A DNA stretch of 64,000 nucleotides from the human T2T-CHM13v2.0 reference genome, Homo sapiens. The notes under the pieces were generated by a model. That model saw only the letters and a program-made list of their open reading frames with translations. It was not told where the DNA came from and made no database searches. Of the stretch, positions 31,776-43,311 are shown one piece after another. Positions within the stretch are counted from its first letter, which is position 1. Each line of letters opens with the position of its first letter. Location: the NCBI RefSeq assembly GCF_009914755.1, contig NC_060929.1; one strand, written 5' to 3'. The translations under genes and the position numbers were made by a program.

Positions 31776-33479
31776 GTAGACCAGCTACCCATTCAAGGCT
31801 GAGTGCCTGAATACTTCCAGCAGTGGGAAACTCATTTTGTCTTAAGCAGCCCTTTCCATAGTTGGATAGCTCTGTCTGCTAAATTTTTTTGTCCTTGTGT
31901 TGAGTGGAAGTCTGCCTCCTTGTCACTTCCACCTAAATAAAGCTCAGGTGGAAAAAACTTGAATGGTCAGGATTTTTCTCCTTTATTTAGACTCAGACCA
32001 GGTTTTTTTTGTTGTTGCCTCATGCCATTAAGATACCCCAAGGAGTTACTGCCTATGCCTTGAAATGATGTGCACAGAGTTCCCACCCAGTCCCTGCAAG
32101 TGTCTGGCACTGTGACTCCCATATAAATTAGTTTCTGATTTATGTGTGCGAGAGGACACTGGCCAAAAGGATCCTATGGGAAGGTGCGGTTCATTGAAAT
32201 AAATCTGAAATTAAATTATCTTTGAGAAAATTACAATTTAGCTGCCTTTGGCAGCAGGATAATGTATATATTTCACTAAATGTTAAAGTTTAATTTTGCT
32301 TTTTTGTATGTATTTGCATTGGGCTGTGCCCCTAATCCTAGGAGCCATTATAATACACAAAGTCATAAAGAAGACACAGAATAACAGAGCTGGAATGGCC
32401 TAGTCCTGCTGGATCATTTTACAGATGCAGAAACAGAGGCTGAGATACAGTAAGTGACTCATTTGGGGTCATGCCTGTCAGGTAAGTAGAGGGAGGACTG
32501 GAATGCTGTTTTAGTGCCCTTTACTTCTACCTCACAGTTTCTTTGCCATTGTACTCTGCAGACTGTGCTTGCCATTCCTGGCTACCTGTGTTTTCACGAG
32601 GGTCAGGAGCAGGGAAAATTTCTAGCACCTAAGGCAGCTGCTGAGTGATGGATCCCTCCGTAGAGGTTTTAAACAATGCAGACCTCTTTCTATCATGTTG
32701 GAGTCATAGGGGCCCTGATCCTCAATGGCCTTTTCAGGAGCTCTATGGTTTGTATGGGGTTTTAGGGAATCTGATTTGTGTCGGTGGAAGCAGGAAAGGC
32801 ATCAAAGGGCTCAGGGCAAGAAAATCCTCTCAGCAATTTTTCAGGCCTCAGTACAAAGGAGGGCAGAGAAAACTTCTCAGCTCCTGCGGTGGGGCTCCAG
32901 GAAGCTGCACCTCATTCTCAGTCAGGTGGGGGTCGAGGGAGTTAAGGCTAGTTGCAGGGTTGGGACGGGCCTAAAAGATGAACTAGTTCTGTAGATATTG
33001 GGCCCAAGTGTTCCGAGTAAGCTTCTCAGAGTGGGAAGGTTGGACGGACCTTGATTCAGTGGTCAGGATAAAATTTTATTTCTTAAAAATGCCCACTGCT
33101 GAGTAAGTAAATAAATAAATGAACAAATAAATAAATCACTATTATTAGACAAAGAATTAAGTTAGAGTAACTGGGTTAAAGTCTCTGGTTTTGACAGCAT
33201 GACTTGAAAAAGTCACTTAACTGCTCTAAGCCCTAGCATATTTGTGGGGTCATTTATTTATTCATTCATTTATGAAGGTTTACTGGGGCTTTTCTATGTG
33301 TCAAGTACAGTGGTATGCACAAAGAATAACTAACACATAAACCCTGGATGCACCCACATTCAACAAACGAATGAGTTCCTCGTTTCTCAGAGCAAGACCA
33401 TGGCCCCTCCACTCAGGATGGAGTTCTGAGAGAGCCCACCAAGGGGCGTGGTGGACTGGAATTCCTAAAAGCAGAGAGG

Positions 33480-33760
33480 GACAGAGGATGCAACCTGGTT
33501 GCCAAGGGCCCTAACCAGTTCCTGGAAGTGTTTGATTTGGCCAACAGTGTTTTTAAAAGAGGTGATTTAGTTGTCAGTTTGCAAGATTTCAGATAAAACC
33601 TCAGACTTAAGTCTTGTCTTGGATGGCCTGGCTGAACAGGGTCTGCATTCCTGCCTAACAGCCATCAACAAGAGCTGAGAAGTGGCTGCCCTTAGATAAG
33701 CCCTATGTTCTCTGGTTTTATTTTCTTATCTCCACCCTGCTTCATTCATATACTATAGTT
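33480..33760. mobile_element. MER102-like hAT-Charlie element
   Basis: ttagttgtcag...gatttcagataaaa...gggtctgcattcctgc...gagctgagaagtggctgccc. Related to the copy at about 34390. Confidence 0.6.
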
Positions 33761-34387
33761 GTCTTGCCCCTCTAGGTATTAGAGATTGTGACCCTGGTGA
33801 AGGCTTGAGCTGAGTGTGCTGGGACAGCAACCTTGTTATTGACTTACCTATCCTGGGGGTTATGTTAACAATGCTGGAAGCTATGGCCTCAGGAACAAGG
33901 TGCAGGGGGAGTGAAGGAGCCTCAAGGTAAATGGGGAGAGTGGGCCCAAACAGAGACCTGGGTGCATCTCTCAGAACATTTTCTATTTGCAGAGCTGTGC
34001 GGAGCAAGCACTCTGAGAAGGGGACTTGAGAGCAGGGGGCAAAGTGAGCAAATATTAGGAAGCTGTTACCAGCTGTCACATGCCTTGTTTAGTCTTGAAC
34101 TTGAGCCAAAGGAACAGTGAGGAAGGGCACCTGAAATCAAGGCTTGTCTAGGAGGCTGGCTGCAGGTCCTTGGAATAAGATTTTTGCAAGGATGCTGGGA
34201 GGAAGGTCAGAGTGCATAGGCTCCGAAGGAGGTCCTTAAGACTGCACCTGCAGGGCTCTGCTCGGCAGTTTGAGATGGCTGCAACCTCCTGAGGCGTCAG
34301 TAAACAAAGGGAACTAGTCTCTTGGTTATAGACACTAAGTTCCCATAGGGTTATGAGAGGTAAAAGAACCTTTTCAGGTCATCTGGA

Positions 34388-34710
34388 GTAGAGTTTGTAA
34401 ATTGGCAACCCACAGGGCATATGTGGGTCACAAACATGTTTTATTTGAATTTACATGTTTTAGGAATTAGGAAGTCTCACATAGATCTCGGTATCTGGCT
34501 CTTCTTGGAATACTTGATGCTCTGGAAACATGGGGCCTACATTTCTGCAGGGCAACTACAGGCTGGGGCTAAGAAGAGGCTGCCCCTGTAGAGGAGCCTG
34601 TACCTCTATTTCTTCATAGTCTCTACCACTCCCTACTGTCTTACTCTTGGTTTGCCTCACTGATTTAAGTTATCTACCCAACCCTGGTAGGCATTTGAAA
34701 TTATGACTCT
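34388..34710. mobile_element. MER102-like hAT-Charlie element
   Basis: tttgtaaattggcaacccacagg...tctggcttcttggaa...ctggaaacatggggcctacatttctgcagggcaac...ggctgcccc. Confidence 0.6.
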
Positions 34711-35258
34711 GATTTAGACCAAAATTTTTCAAAATTATTTGTTAGCCCGTGGGAAACTTTCAGCTGAAGAATTTTAGTTGGGAGCCCATTATTGAAAATA
34801 AAAGTGGAGCTGTTTGGGGAGGAGCAGGGTGGGCTTGCTCATCATGCCCTCTGCTTCTCCTTTGGGGGCACCTGCTGGAAGCCTGAAAGCTCCGTGAAGC
34901 GTATGTTTAAAAGCTGCCAAAGTTGCCAAGCCCATTACTATACAGATGAAGAAACAGAGGCCCAAAGAAAGGGAGAGACTCATCATCTAAGCTCAGAGAG
35001 TAAGTTTGTGCCTGAGCCCAAACTTGAACCCATTTCTCCACGTTCCATGTTTATCCTTCTTCCCATCATACAAGAAGTAGCAAATAGTTTTTAATTCACT
35101 TTTGGACTCCTGGAAACCAGAGGTGCTGTTAAATTGCATCCTCTGAGGCTTTGTCTGGGCTTGGTGGGAGAGAAGACTGAATTGATTAAGAATGTCTGCC
35201 TTGGGTAGAGGAAAGAGTCATGGGATTCACACTGCGTATTTACCATCTGCGTGCATTA

Positions 35259-35510
<252 letters not shown>

Positions 35511-36299
35511 TCAGATCCCAGCCTTGTCCAACCTCTGTAGAACCACAAGAGTGTTCTTAGCTGGAGTAATATGGGTAATATGGGTCCTTAATGAGGTAAG
35601 GCCCAGGTTAAATTGTTTACCCAGCCCAAATATCAGCCGGCATGGGATCCTGGCAGGCAGCCAAGTGTCTGATTGATGCTGAGAAGTCACGGACATTTTT
35701 AAGGCTTCATCTCTGGGATTTTGAGTAATCACACTTGGCAGCTGGGTGTCCCTGGGAGAGAAGATTGGAGGGTTAGTCTTTTGGTAGACCTAACCTTGTG
35801 TTGGGCAACTGCACTCTCACAGGTCCATGGAGCCACACGGACAGAAAGGATGTTAGAGATAAAATAATTTGCCATTTCCTCAAGGTTTATTTTCAGAATC
35901 AGAGTCACAGTTTTTTAAAAAGTTGCTAAAGTCAGATGCATTCTGGAACACAAATTTTATCAGGCATTTTTACCTCAAGTCTCCTCAGAAGCTTTGACAA
36001 GCTTATATGCTTGTACTTATGGGATCACTGTCTCAAGAAACATATACTTCACAAAATCTCACTTGGGAAATTGAGGCCCAGTTAGCAGAAGGGACTGACA
36101 TAGGACCCAGAGTAAATCAGTAGTGGCTTATTTCACTGTATCGAGAGTTAGGTGATTAGAAGTCAAACAGGGATGCATTACACTGTTTCTGTCACCCCTC
36201 TCCCACCCCACACCCATTCAACAAAGTGGCTTTAAGGCCCCATTCACACCACAGTATGAATTACTCATGTATTAAGAACATGACCCTCCCTCTGCCCAA

Positions 36300-36370
<71 letters not shown>

Positions 36371-36372
36371 TC
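36300..36372. repeat. (CTTT)n tetranucleotide microsatellite derived from an L1 tail
   Basis: About 18 perfect CTTT units directly abutting an L1 3' end. Confidence 0.95.
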
Positions 36373-36948
36373 ATTTTAGTTCTGGGATACATGTGCAGAA
36401 TGTGCAGGTTTGTTACATAGGTATACATGTGCCATGGTGGTTTGCTGCACCTATCAACTTGTCATCTAGGTTTTAAGCCCCTCTTGCATTAGATATTTGT
36501 CCTAATGCTCTCCCTCGCCTTGCCCCCCACTACCCGACAGGCCCTGTTGTGTGATGTTCCCCTCCCTGTGTCCACATGTTCTTATTGTTCAACTCCCACT
36601 TATGAGTGAGAACATGCAGTGTTTGGTTTTCTGTTCCTGTGTTACTTTGCTGAGAATGATGGCTTCCAGCTTCATCCATGTCCCTGCAAAGGACATGAAC
36701 TCATTCTTTTTTATGGCTGCATAGTATTCCATGGTGTATATGTGCCACATTTTCTTTATCCAGTCTATCATTGATGGACATTTGTGTTGGTTCCAAGTCT
36801 TTGCTATTGTAAACAGTGCTGCAATAAACATACATGTGCATGTATCTTTATAGTAGAATGATTTATAATCCTTTGGGTATATATTCAGTAATGGGATTGC
36901 TGGGTCAAATGGTATTTCTGGTTCTAGATCTTTGAGGAATTGCCACAC
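36373..36948 (-). mobile_element. 5'-truncated L1PA7/8-like element (ORF2 C-terminus and 3'UTR)
   Basis: ORF 36589-36975 carries the L1 ORF2p C-terminus ([14 protein letters not shown]...KLEAIILSK). The 3'UTR begins ttctgggatacatgtgcagaatgtgcagg. Confidence 0.92.
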
Positions 36949-37831
36949 CAAACTCTTAAAGCATATAGATTTCAATAAGAGTCAATGTTAGAGGCTCAAA
37001 GGTTGAAGAACACTAATTTTGGGTTGCTTTGGGCAACTGAGCTTTCCTAGTACTGAAATTATATCCAGGAGATAGTTAGGAGCCATAAGCAGCACTGACA
37101 TGTGCTTGTGGGGCTGGGATGTTGGAGGAAATGCATAGAGATATGAATGTATGTGTGTGTGCGTGTGTGTGTGTGTGTAAGGTGGAACCTTCTGTCACCT
37201 AGTCATGCAGCGCATAATGTTCCCCAAGGATTTGTACCCAACCTGTCTTGTTCTTCCTCTCAGCTTCTTTTCTGGTCTCATCAGTTGTAACTATTTAAGC
37301 AATCAGTTAATAATGGATGACTCTCAAATCTGTCACCACCCTGGCCTCTTCCTTAAAACCCCCTTCCTCATTTGCAAACATTTGTGGGATGCATTTATCT
37401 CAATGTTCTGCCAGTGTCTCAAATTCATCTCCCAAACTGAACACTACAGCTTCCTTCCTAGACTTGCTCCTCCAGATCAGTTTCCCCAGATGACGTCAAT
37501 ATACTTCCACTCTCTAGGATTAGACGCCTCAGAGCCATCTTGTCTTCTTGCTCCTCCACCCCACTACACCCCATAAACTCACTCACCAGGTGCTGATGTA
37601 GTTATCTGTGTTTGTGTTTTAAGAGCAGGAATCATGGTGGTTTTATTTATTATTTGTTTGTTTGTTCTTTCATTCCCCACTGTGTCTACCATGGTGTCTC
37701 ATACATAATTGGTGCTCAGTAATTGCACAGTGAATGAATGAATGAATAATGTGCTACTTTAATTAATCAAATATCCTGGCTAGTAAAAAGTGTTCATAAA
37801 TATTTATACATGGATTAACAATTTAAAAATA

Positions 37832-38136
37832 ATTAGACAATTATACACAGTAATGGAAAATACTGAAAGCCATCTGGTATTGCTTTGAAGATTCGGAGGG
37901 TATTCTAGGACTATTTAGACACTGTTGCTTAATAATCTGAAGATCCTTACTCATATCCTGGGGAACTAATTTTGATGGACAGGGTGAGGAACAAATGCAC
38001 TTTAGTTTCTTTGTGTGTGTCTATGATGTAGGTGAGTTTGTGTGATGTGGATGGGTTTCTAGGTATGATTGTATAGATGTGTTATGTATACAGATGGATG
38101 GATGTGTATGGATATATATGGGGATTAGAGTGTGCA
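37832..38136 (+). repeat. Dispersed direct duplication, copy A
   Basis: Aligns with 40633-40934 over about 300 bp (about 85% by eye). Confidence 0.92.
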
Positions 38137-38624
38137 TGGAGGTGTTTGCAGATGCATAGTGAATTGGGTCACATAGGTTTGTATGTACAAAATGTGAATT
38201 TCTGTGTTCATGTGTATGTATTTCAAGTGTGGCATTTAATATGGGCATTTTGTGTGTGTATATGTGAGATGTGTGTGTATGTGAGCTGTATATATACATG
38301 GGGTATAGGGTGTGGATGTGTAAAATGCTTCTGTAGATGTATGTCTGTGATGTGTATATTGCATGTGTTTGTTTTTGAAATGTACTGTGAAATATAATAT
38401 AGAATAGTGCAAAAGAGTGAAAAGAACAGATGATTTGGAATTCATCCTGTCTTAGTCATTTATTAGCTGTGTCACCTTGGGAAAGTTACTTAACTTGTCT
38501 GAGCTTTAGTTTTCTTACCTGTCAAATGAGGTAAGGAATAACTGAGGTAGCATAGTTAAAAATACCTAGGACTGTTCTTAGAACATAGCAAGCACTCAAT
38601 ACATTGTTTTTCTCTTGCAGCATG

Positions 38625-38632
38625 GTGTGTGT

Positions 38633-38672
<40 letters not shown>
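38625..38672. repeat. (GT)n microsatellite
   Basis: About 24 GT units with one interruption. Shorter GT runs occur at about 7133-7152 and 37152-37178. Confidence 0.95.
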
Positions 38673-38675
<3 letters not shown>

Positions 38676-40632
38676 AAGCAGTTCAGAGTGGGTCTGGGGC
38701 TGCTCCTTGTCTCACAATGCTTTCAGCTGCACCATGGAGCCCACATGGCTGGAAAACCCTCCCAGGTGCTTCCCATGGCCCACAGTTGGGGCCACTGTCC
38801 ATTCAGCACTGGACTCATGGCTGCTGTGTGGCTCTGGTGTGGGCAGAGGGGACCACAGGCACGCAACTAGTGATTTATGACTTTTCTGCTGTTATAGTTC
38901 ACTTCTAGAACCTCTCTAGGAGTGGCAGTTACGAAGCTTTCATAAGCTCCCGTACTCTCTCCAGCCCCTCCTCTCTGATAATAAGATTTGGGAACATAGT
39001 ACTCCCTCCCAGCAGTTGCTGGAGCACAAGCGATCTCTTCGCCCTTAGGCCTCTCTCATAAGCCTGAATCCTATTGGGCAGTACAGTGGGAGAATGAATT
39101 CTCCCCACATCATCCCATACCATTTGGTATTAGCATAACATGCCATTTAATACCAGAACCCTCCCCAAAGCTGAAGAGTCTTCTGGTTATTCTAACTTGC
39201 ATGTCTGCAGTAAGGTATTTGCAGTCTGGTCACCCAGCCACTGGCTCACTTAAAACCTTGGCACTGAGCCGAAGTGGAGGGAATGAAGACCCCAGGGGGT
39301 CAAGTAACTGGCTCCAAGTCACACAGCACTTTAAAGAGAGAAGGAATTAGAACTTACATTTTCAAGTGTTGACTCATCCAAATGCTACAACGTAAGGGAA
39401 AGTCTTTGTGAATTGTGAAGAGTATAAAATCATGATAGTTATGCTATTATTATGATTTATTTCTGAAGCTTGTTCTACCCTCTTCTATCCAAGCAAGTCA
39501 AAACATGTCTGAATTCTAGCAATCTGTATATACACTGCTCTGAATTTACCACACTTAAAAATGAAGAAGAAATAGTTGTGAACTACCCGGTAATCCTCTG
39601 TTTTGTCAAGTGATTCACTATGCATATTTTGAAAATCTCTAGTCCAGCCTCTCCCATATGTTATTTACCAGCTGTTTCCTGATATCACTTTCACAATTTT
39701 TGCCGTTTGTTCACCACCTCTATTAGTCACTTAATTATTTTCATTAAATTGTCTCACTTCTTTTAAACTTAAACTTATTTAAAAGGAAACTATATTTCAC
39801 TACTCACAAATAGAAAACTAATATTACTTGCCATAATGGAAGAGAACCATAATAGCAAATACAATGACAACAAGACAAAAAGAGAAGAGTTTACAATTCT
39901 AGTGATCTGCTGCTTGCCAATGTTCTGAGCCCAAGGCCTGCTCTAAGTTACAAAGGAAGTGCAGCAAGTGTTGGACAGGCGTTAGAGGCATATTAACACC
40001 TAACGAGACTCCTGGAGTTAATAAGAAAGATTGGAAGAGAATTGGTTCAATAATGATTTATTGTTATTATGTCAGTCACTTAAAATCCTCCCCCTCCCTC
40101 ACTGTGCCCTAGGCCAAAAGTTCCCAACTCTTTTCCAAATACAAAGGCTCCATATTAATGCCAAAGTAGCTATGCCTCCCTCCACTTGATAATCCTTGTA
40201 CATTTCTGTCTATATTTAGACAGTACAATTTGCACAGGATTATTCAAAACTCCCCCTCTCCACCCTGGTGAATCTGATGTGCTGTGCATCTGTGTAGAGT
40301 AGATATGCATCGGGGAGCTCTTTTAGTACCACAATTCCCGGTTAACTTAAGCATTTGCTTATAGACCATGAGCTGCTGGACAGAGGAGCTGGGAATGAAT
40401 CTGAGAAATGAAACACTCAATTGTTAAAATTTTCTGAACCTTATAACAGTATTTGGAAATGATGCAGTTTTTTTTTTTCAGAGATTACTAAAATACAATG
40501 GGTGAATCAGACTCAGTTTAGGCAGATTTGATTAATGGTAATTTTCAGAAAGAGAGTGAGGTCTTCTGAGACCAAGTTTTCTATTCCTTACTGAGAAGGC
40601 TTATTGCAATAGATGCACTGACTATACAAAGT

Positions 40633-40934
40633 ATTAGACTATTATACACAGAAATGAAAAATACTGAAAGCAATCTGGCATTGCTTTGAAGATTCATAGG
40701 GTATTCTAGGACTATTTAGACACTCTTGCATAATAATCTGAAGATCCTTACATCCTGAAGAGCTAGTTTTGGTGGACAGGATGAGGAACAAATATATTTT
40801 AGTTTCTTTGTGAGTGTCTATGGATGTAGGTGAGTTTGTGTGATGTGAGTAGGTTTCTAGGTATGATGTATTATGTATGTTATGTATACAAATAGATGGA
40901 TGTTTATGGATGTATGTGGGGATTAGAGCATGCA
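40633..40934 (+). repeat. Dispersed direct duplication, copy B
   Basis: Shares long blocks with copy A (attgctttgaagattc, agggtattctaggactatttagacact, taataatctgaagatccttac, gatgtaggtgagtttgtgtgatgtg). Confidence 0.92.
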
Positions 40935-43151
40935 CTAGACTGTCCACCACCTTTTGGTCAGGGGATTTGTCACACTAAGAGATTTTGGTACTTAAAGGAC
41001 CTCAGATGTTACTTCTAATGACAGAGACCATGCAAAGCTCCAGGAGTAGAGTTCAACAGAGGGGTTGGAGGCAGGGTGATATAATGAAGTAGGGGCTGTG
41101 TGACCTTCAGTGAGTCACTTCCCTTGTTGGCTTTCAGTTTCCCCAGTTACACAATGAAATTAAGATGATCTCTAAGAGCCCTTCCAGCCCTCAGCCATCA
41201 TTTTATGAGTCTATAATATTCCTTCTTTTTTTTTTTTCATACACTGGTCTCGGGATCCAGATTTGTCTGGACTTTTTTGGAGGAATGGGATTTTGTGTCT
41301 TGGTTCTTCCTCACCTAGTCTCAAGATTTTTTTCTCCAAGGGGCCAACCTGTTTCTCAAGGTTTACTTGGGAGAAAGGCCAGATCAATGTTCAGATTCTC
41401 ATTCTCCAGTTGCAACATCAATTGAAATAGGGAATCAATATAAAGCTGTCAATCTGAATTACAGATGAGCTAGGGTTGCAGTAAGACTGGGGAGAAACAA
41501 TTTCAACTACATTTTGCATGGCACCACACCCCCAAGAACCACTCTGGGTCAGCAGAGGGGATCCCTCCAGTCAATTCCCTCTCCAGTTTACCATGAGCAG
41601 AGAAGTCCAGGAGGTCAGGATGGAAAAGGGGGAGGAAAGACAAGGAGGGGGCAGAAGAGGGACTAAGAGGCTGAGAGTAACCAAAGGAAGGACCTATACA
41701 GCTGGAGGAGGAACTTGGAGGTGCAGATTGAAGACAGGGAGGTGGGAGGTGAAAGAGGAAGAGGACACTGTAAAAACGAAGGAGTTTGAGGCACAGTCAG
41801 CACTATAATTGAGGAATTCAGCGAGTACAGTGGACAGGTACCCAACTACACTTGGTGAGAGGATGAGAAGTCTCCAAGAGGCTTTGTGGAGAAAATGACT
41901 TTTTAAATAAAACTTGAAGGTTAGATATGGAGTTGGCCTGGAAAAATATAGGAGGAAGAGTGTTTGAGGTAGAAGGAACAGCATGTGTAGTTTAGAAGTG
42001 ATAGACAACTTGGAGAACCAAAAGAAGAGTTTAGTGTGTGTATGAAGGAGGGAGGGAGAGAAGAGAATGGGAAATGATGAGAAATGAGGATGAAATACTT
42101 GTGGGTAGGCTCTGTCTTGTTCAGTGCCTGGCATGTAGTAGTAATTAAAAATTCGATTTGACTGGCCTTTGCCCTCTAATTATTTACTGTCCAGTAGATA
42201 GAATAGTTTAGGTACTTAAGAAATTATAAGAGGCTGCCACTCTGCTTAGGTGGCAAAATTGGACTGCTATGGTGGCTCAGTGGTGGAAGGCAGTATTTGA
42301 GGGGAAGGCGGGGATTAATCAGAAATTGTCTGAGTTTTATTAATTGTAGCCTCTGTGTGCTTTTAGAAAGACCCAATATTTGCCATTTTCAAATTGTGTA
42401 TTCAGGGGAGAAAGCTTTCTCCTGCCCCATTGCCTGTGGGCTGGTCTTTTTCTAAATGAAAAAGAAATGGTGGATGGTGAGGAGTGGTGGGTGTCCTGGG
42501 CTTCTGGGAAGAGGTGGGGCTGAGCTGGGCTGGCACTCTTGGCTTTCTAGGCTGAGCCAGTTTCCCATCCCCGGCTCTGACCCCAAGGGACTTGGGGATT
42601 GTTGTGCAGCCTGGGCCCTGCTGGTCACCCTCAGCTTTGTCTGAGTTGGATCATCAGGTCAGCATCTGGCTTCCCGCAGCCAGCTGTGCAATTCTGATTT
42701 TATTTGATTGCAGTAAGGGGCTTAGGCTGGCCAGGGAGTGCTTGACATTTTATTACTGTCACTGTCACTTCATGATCTGCTAAGCACCCCTGGGAACAGA
42801 ATGTCACAGTTGGCATGCCCTGAGCCCAATTCACCTCAGGGTCTTATGGAACAAGACACCCCTCCCCCTTCCTGTCCTACCTCCCACAGTTATGACTGCT
42901 TCCTATAGGGAACGCTTATCTGAATAAGAAGCACATGTATTTGAACATGATTTTCTTCTTGTAGCAAGGTAAAATCCTGGATTCTTGGAGCTGGACTAAA
43001 CCTTAAAATCTCATCTGGTTCTGCCTCTGACCCTAAGGAAGTCTGGTCCTCTAGGGATCCCATATACTCTGTAGCATCAGTTTCCATGTTTTCCTCTGGA
43101 TAGCCTTCCATCCACTAACTCTCCTGCCTTATCGTATGTATCCCCACAAAG

Positions 43152-43311
43152 TAGGGCCACCTAGAGAAAGAAGAATGAGGTACCTAGTAAAATTTAAGGA
43201 GGCACTCAATCCCAGGGTTGCATAAATGCCAACCCTGCACTTGCAGGGACCAGAGAGTGAGCACCTCATTAAATTTTGTGCCTCACCTGCTTCACTCTAG
43301 TCCTGGCCCTG
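43152..43311. mobile_element. Palindromic hAT-type MITE (MER96-like)
   Basis: agggcc...ggccct termini and internal inverted pair aaaatttaaggaggcactca / tgagcacctcattaaatttt. Confidence 0.65.

Noticed and set aside
33480-34710. Similar ~300-bp segments at 33.5 and 34.4 kb as a local duplication
   Set aside because: Best explained as two independent old MER102-like transposon copies with low mutual identity.
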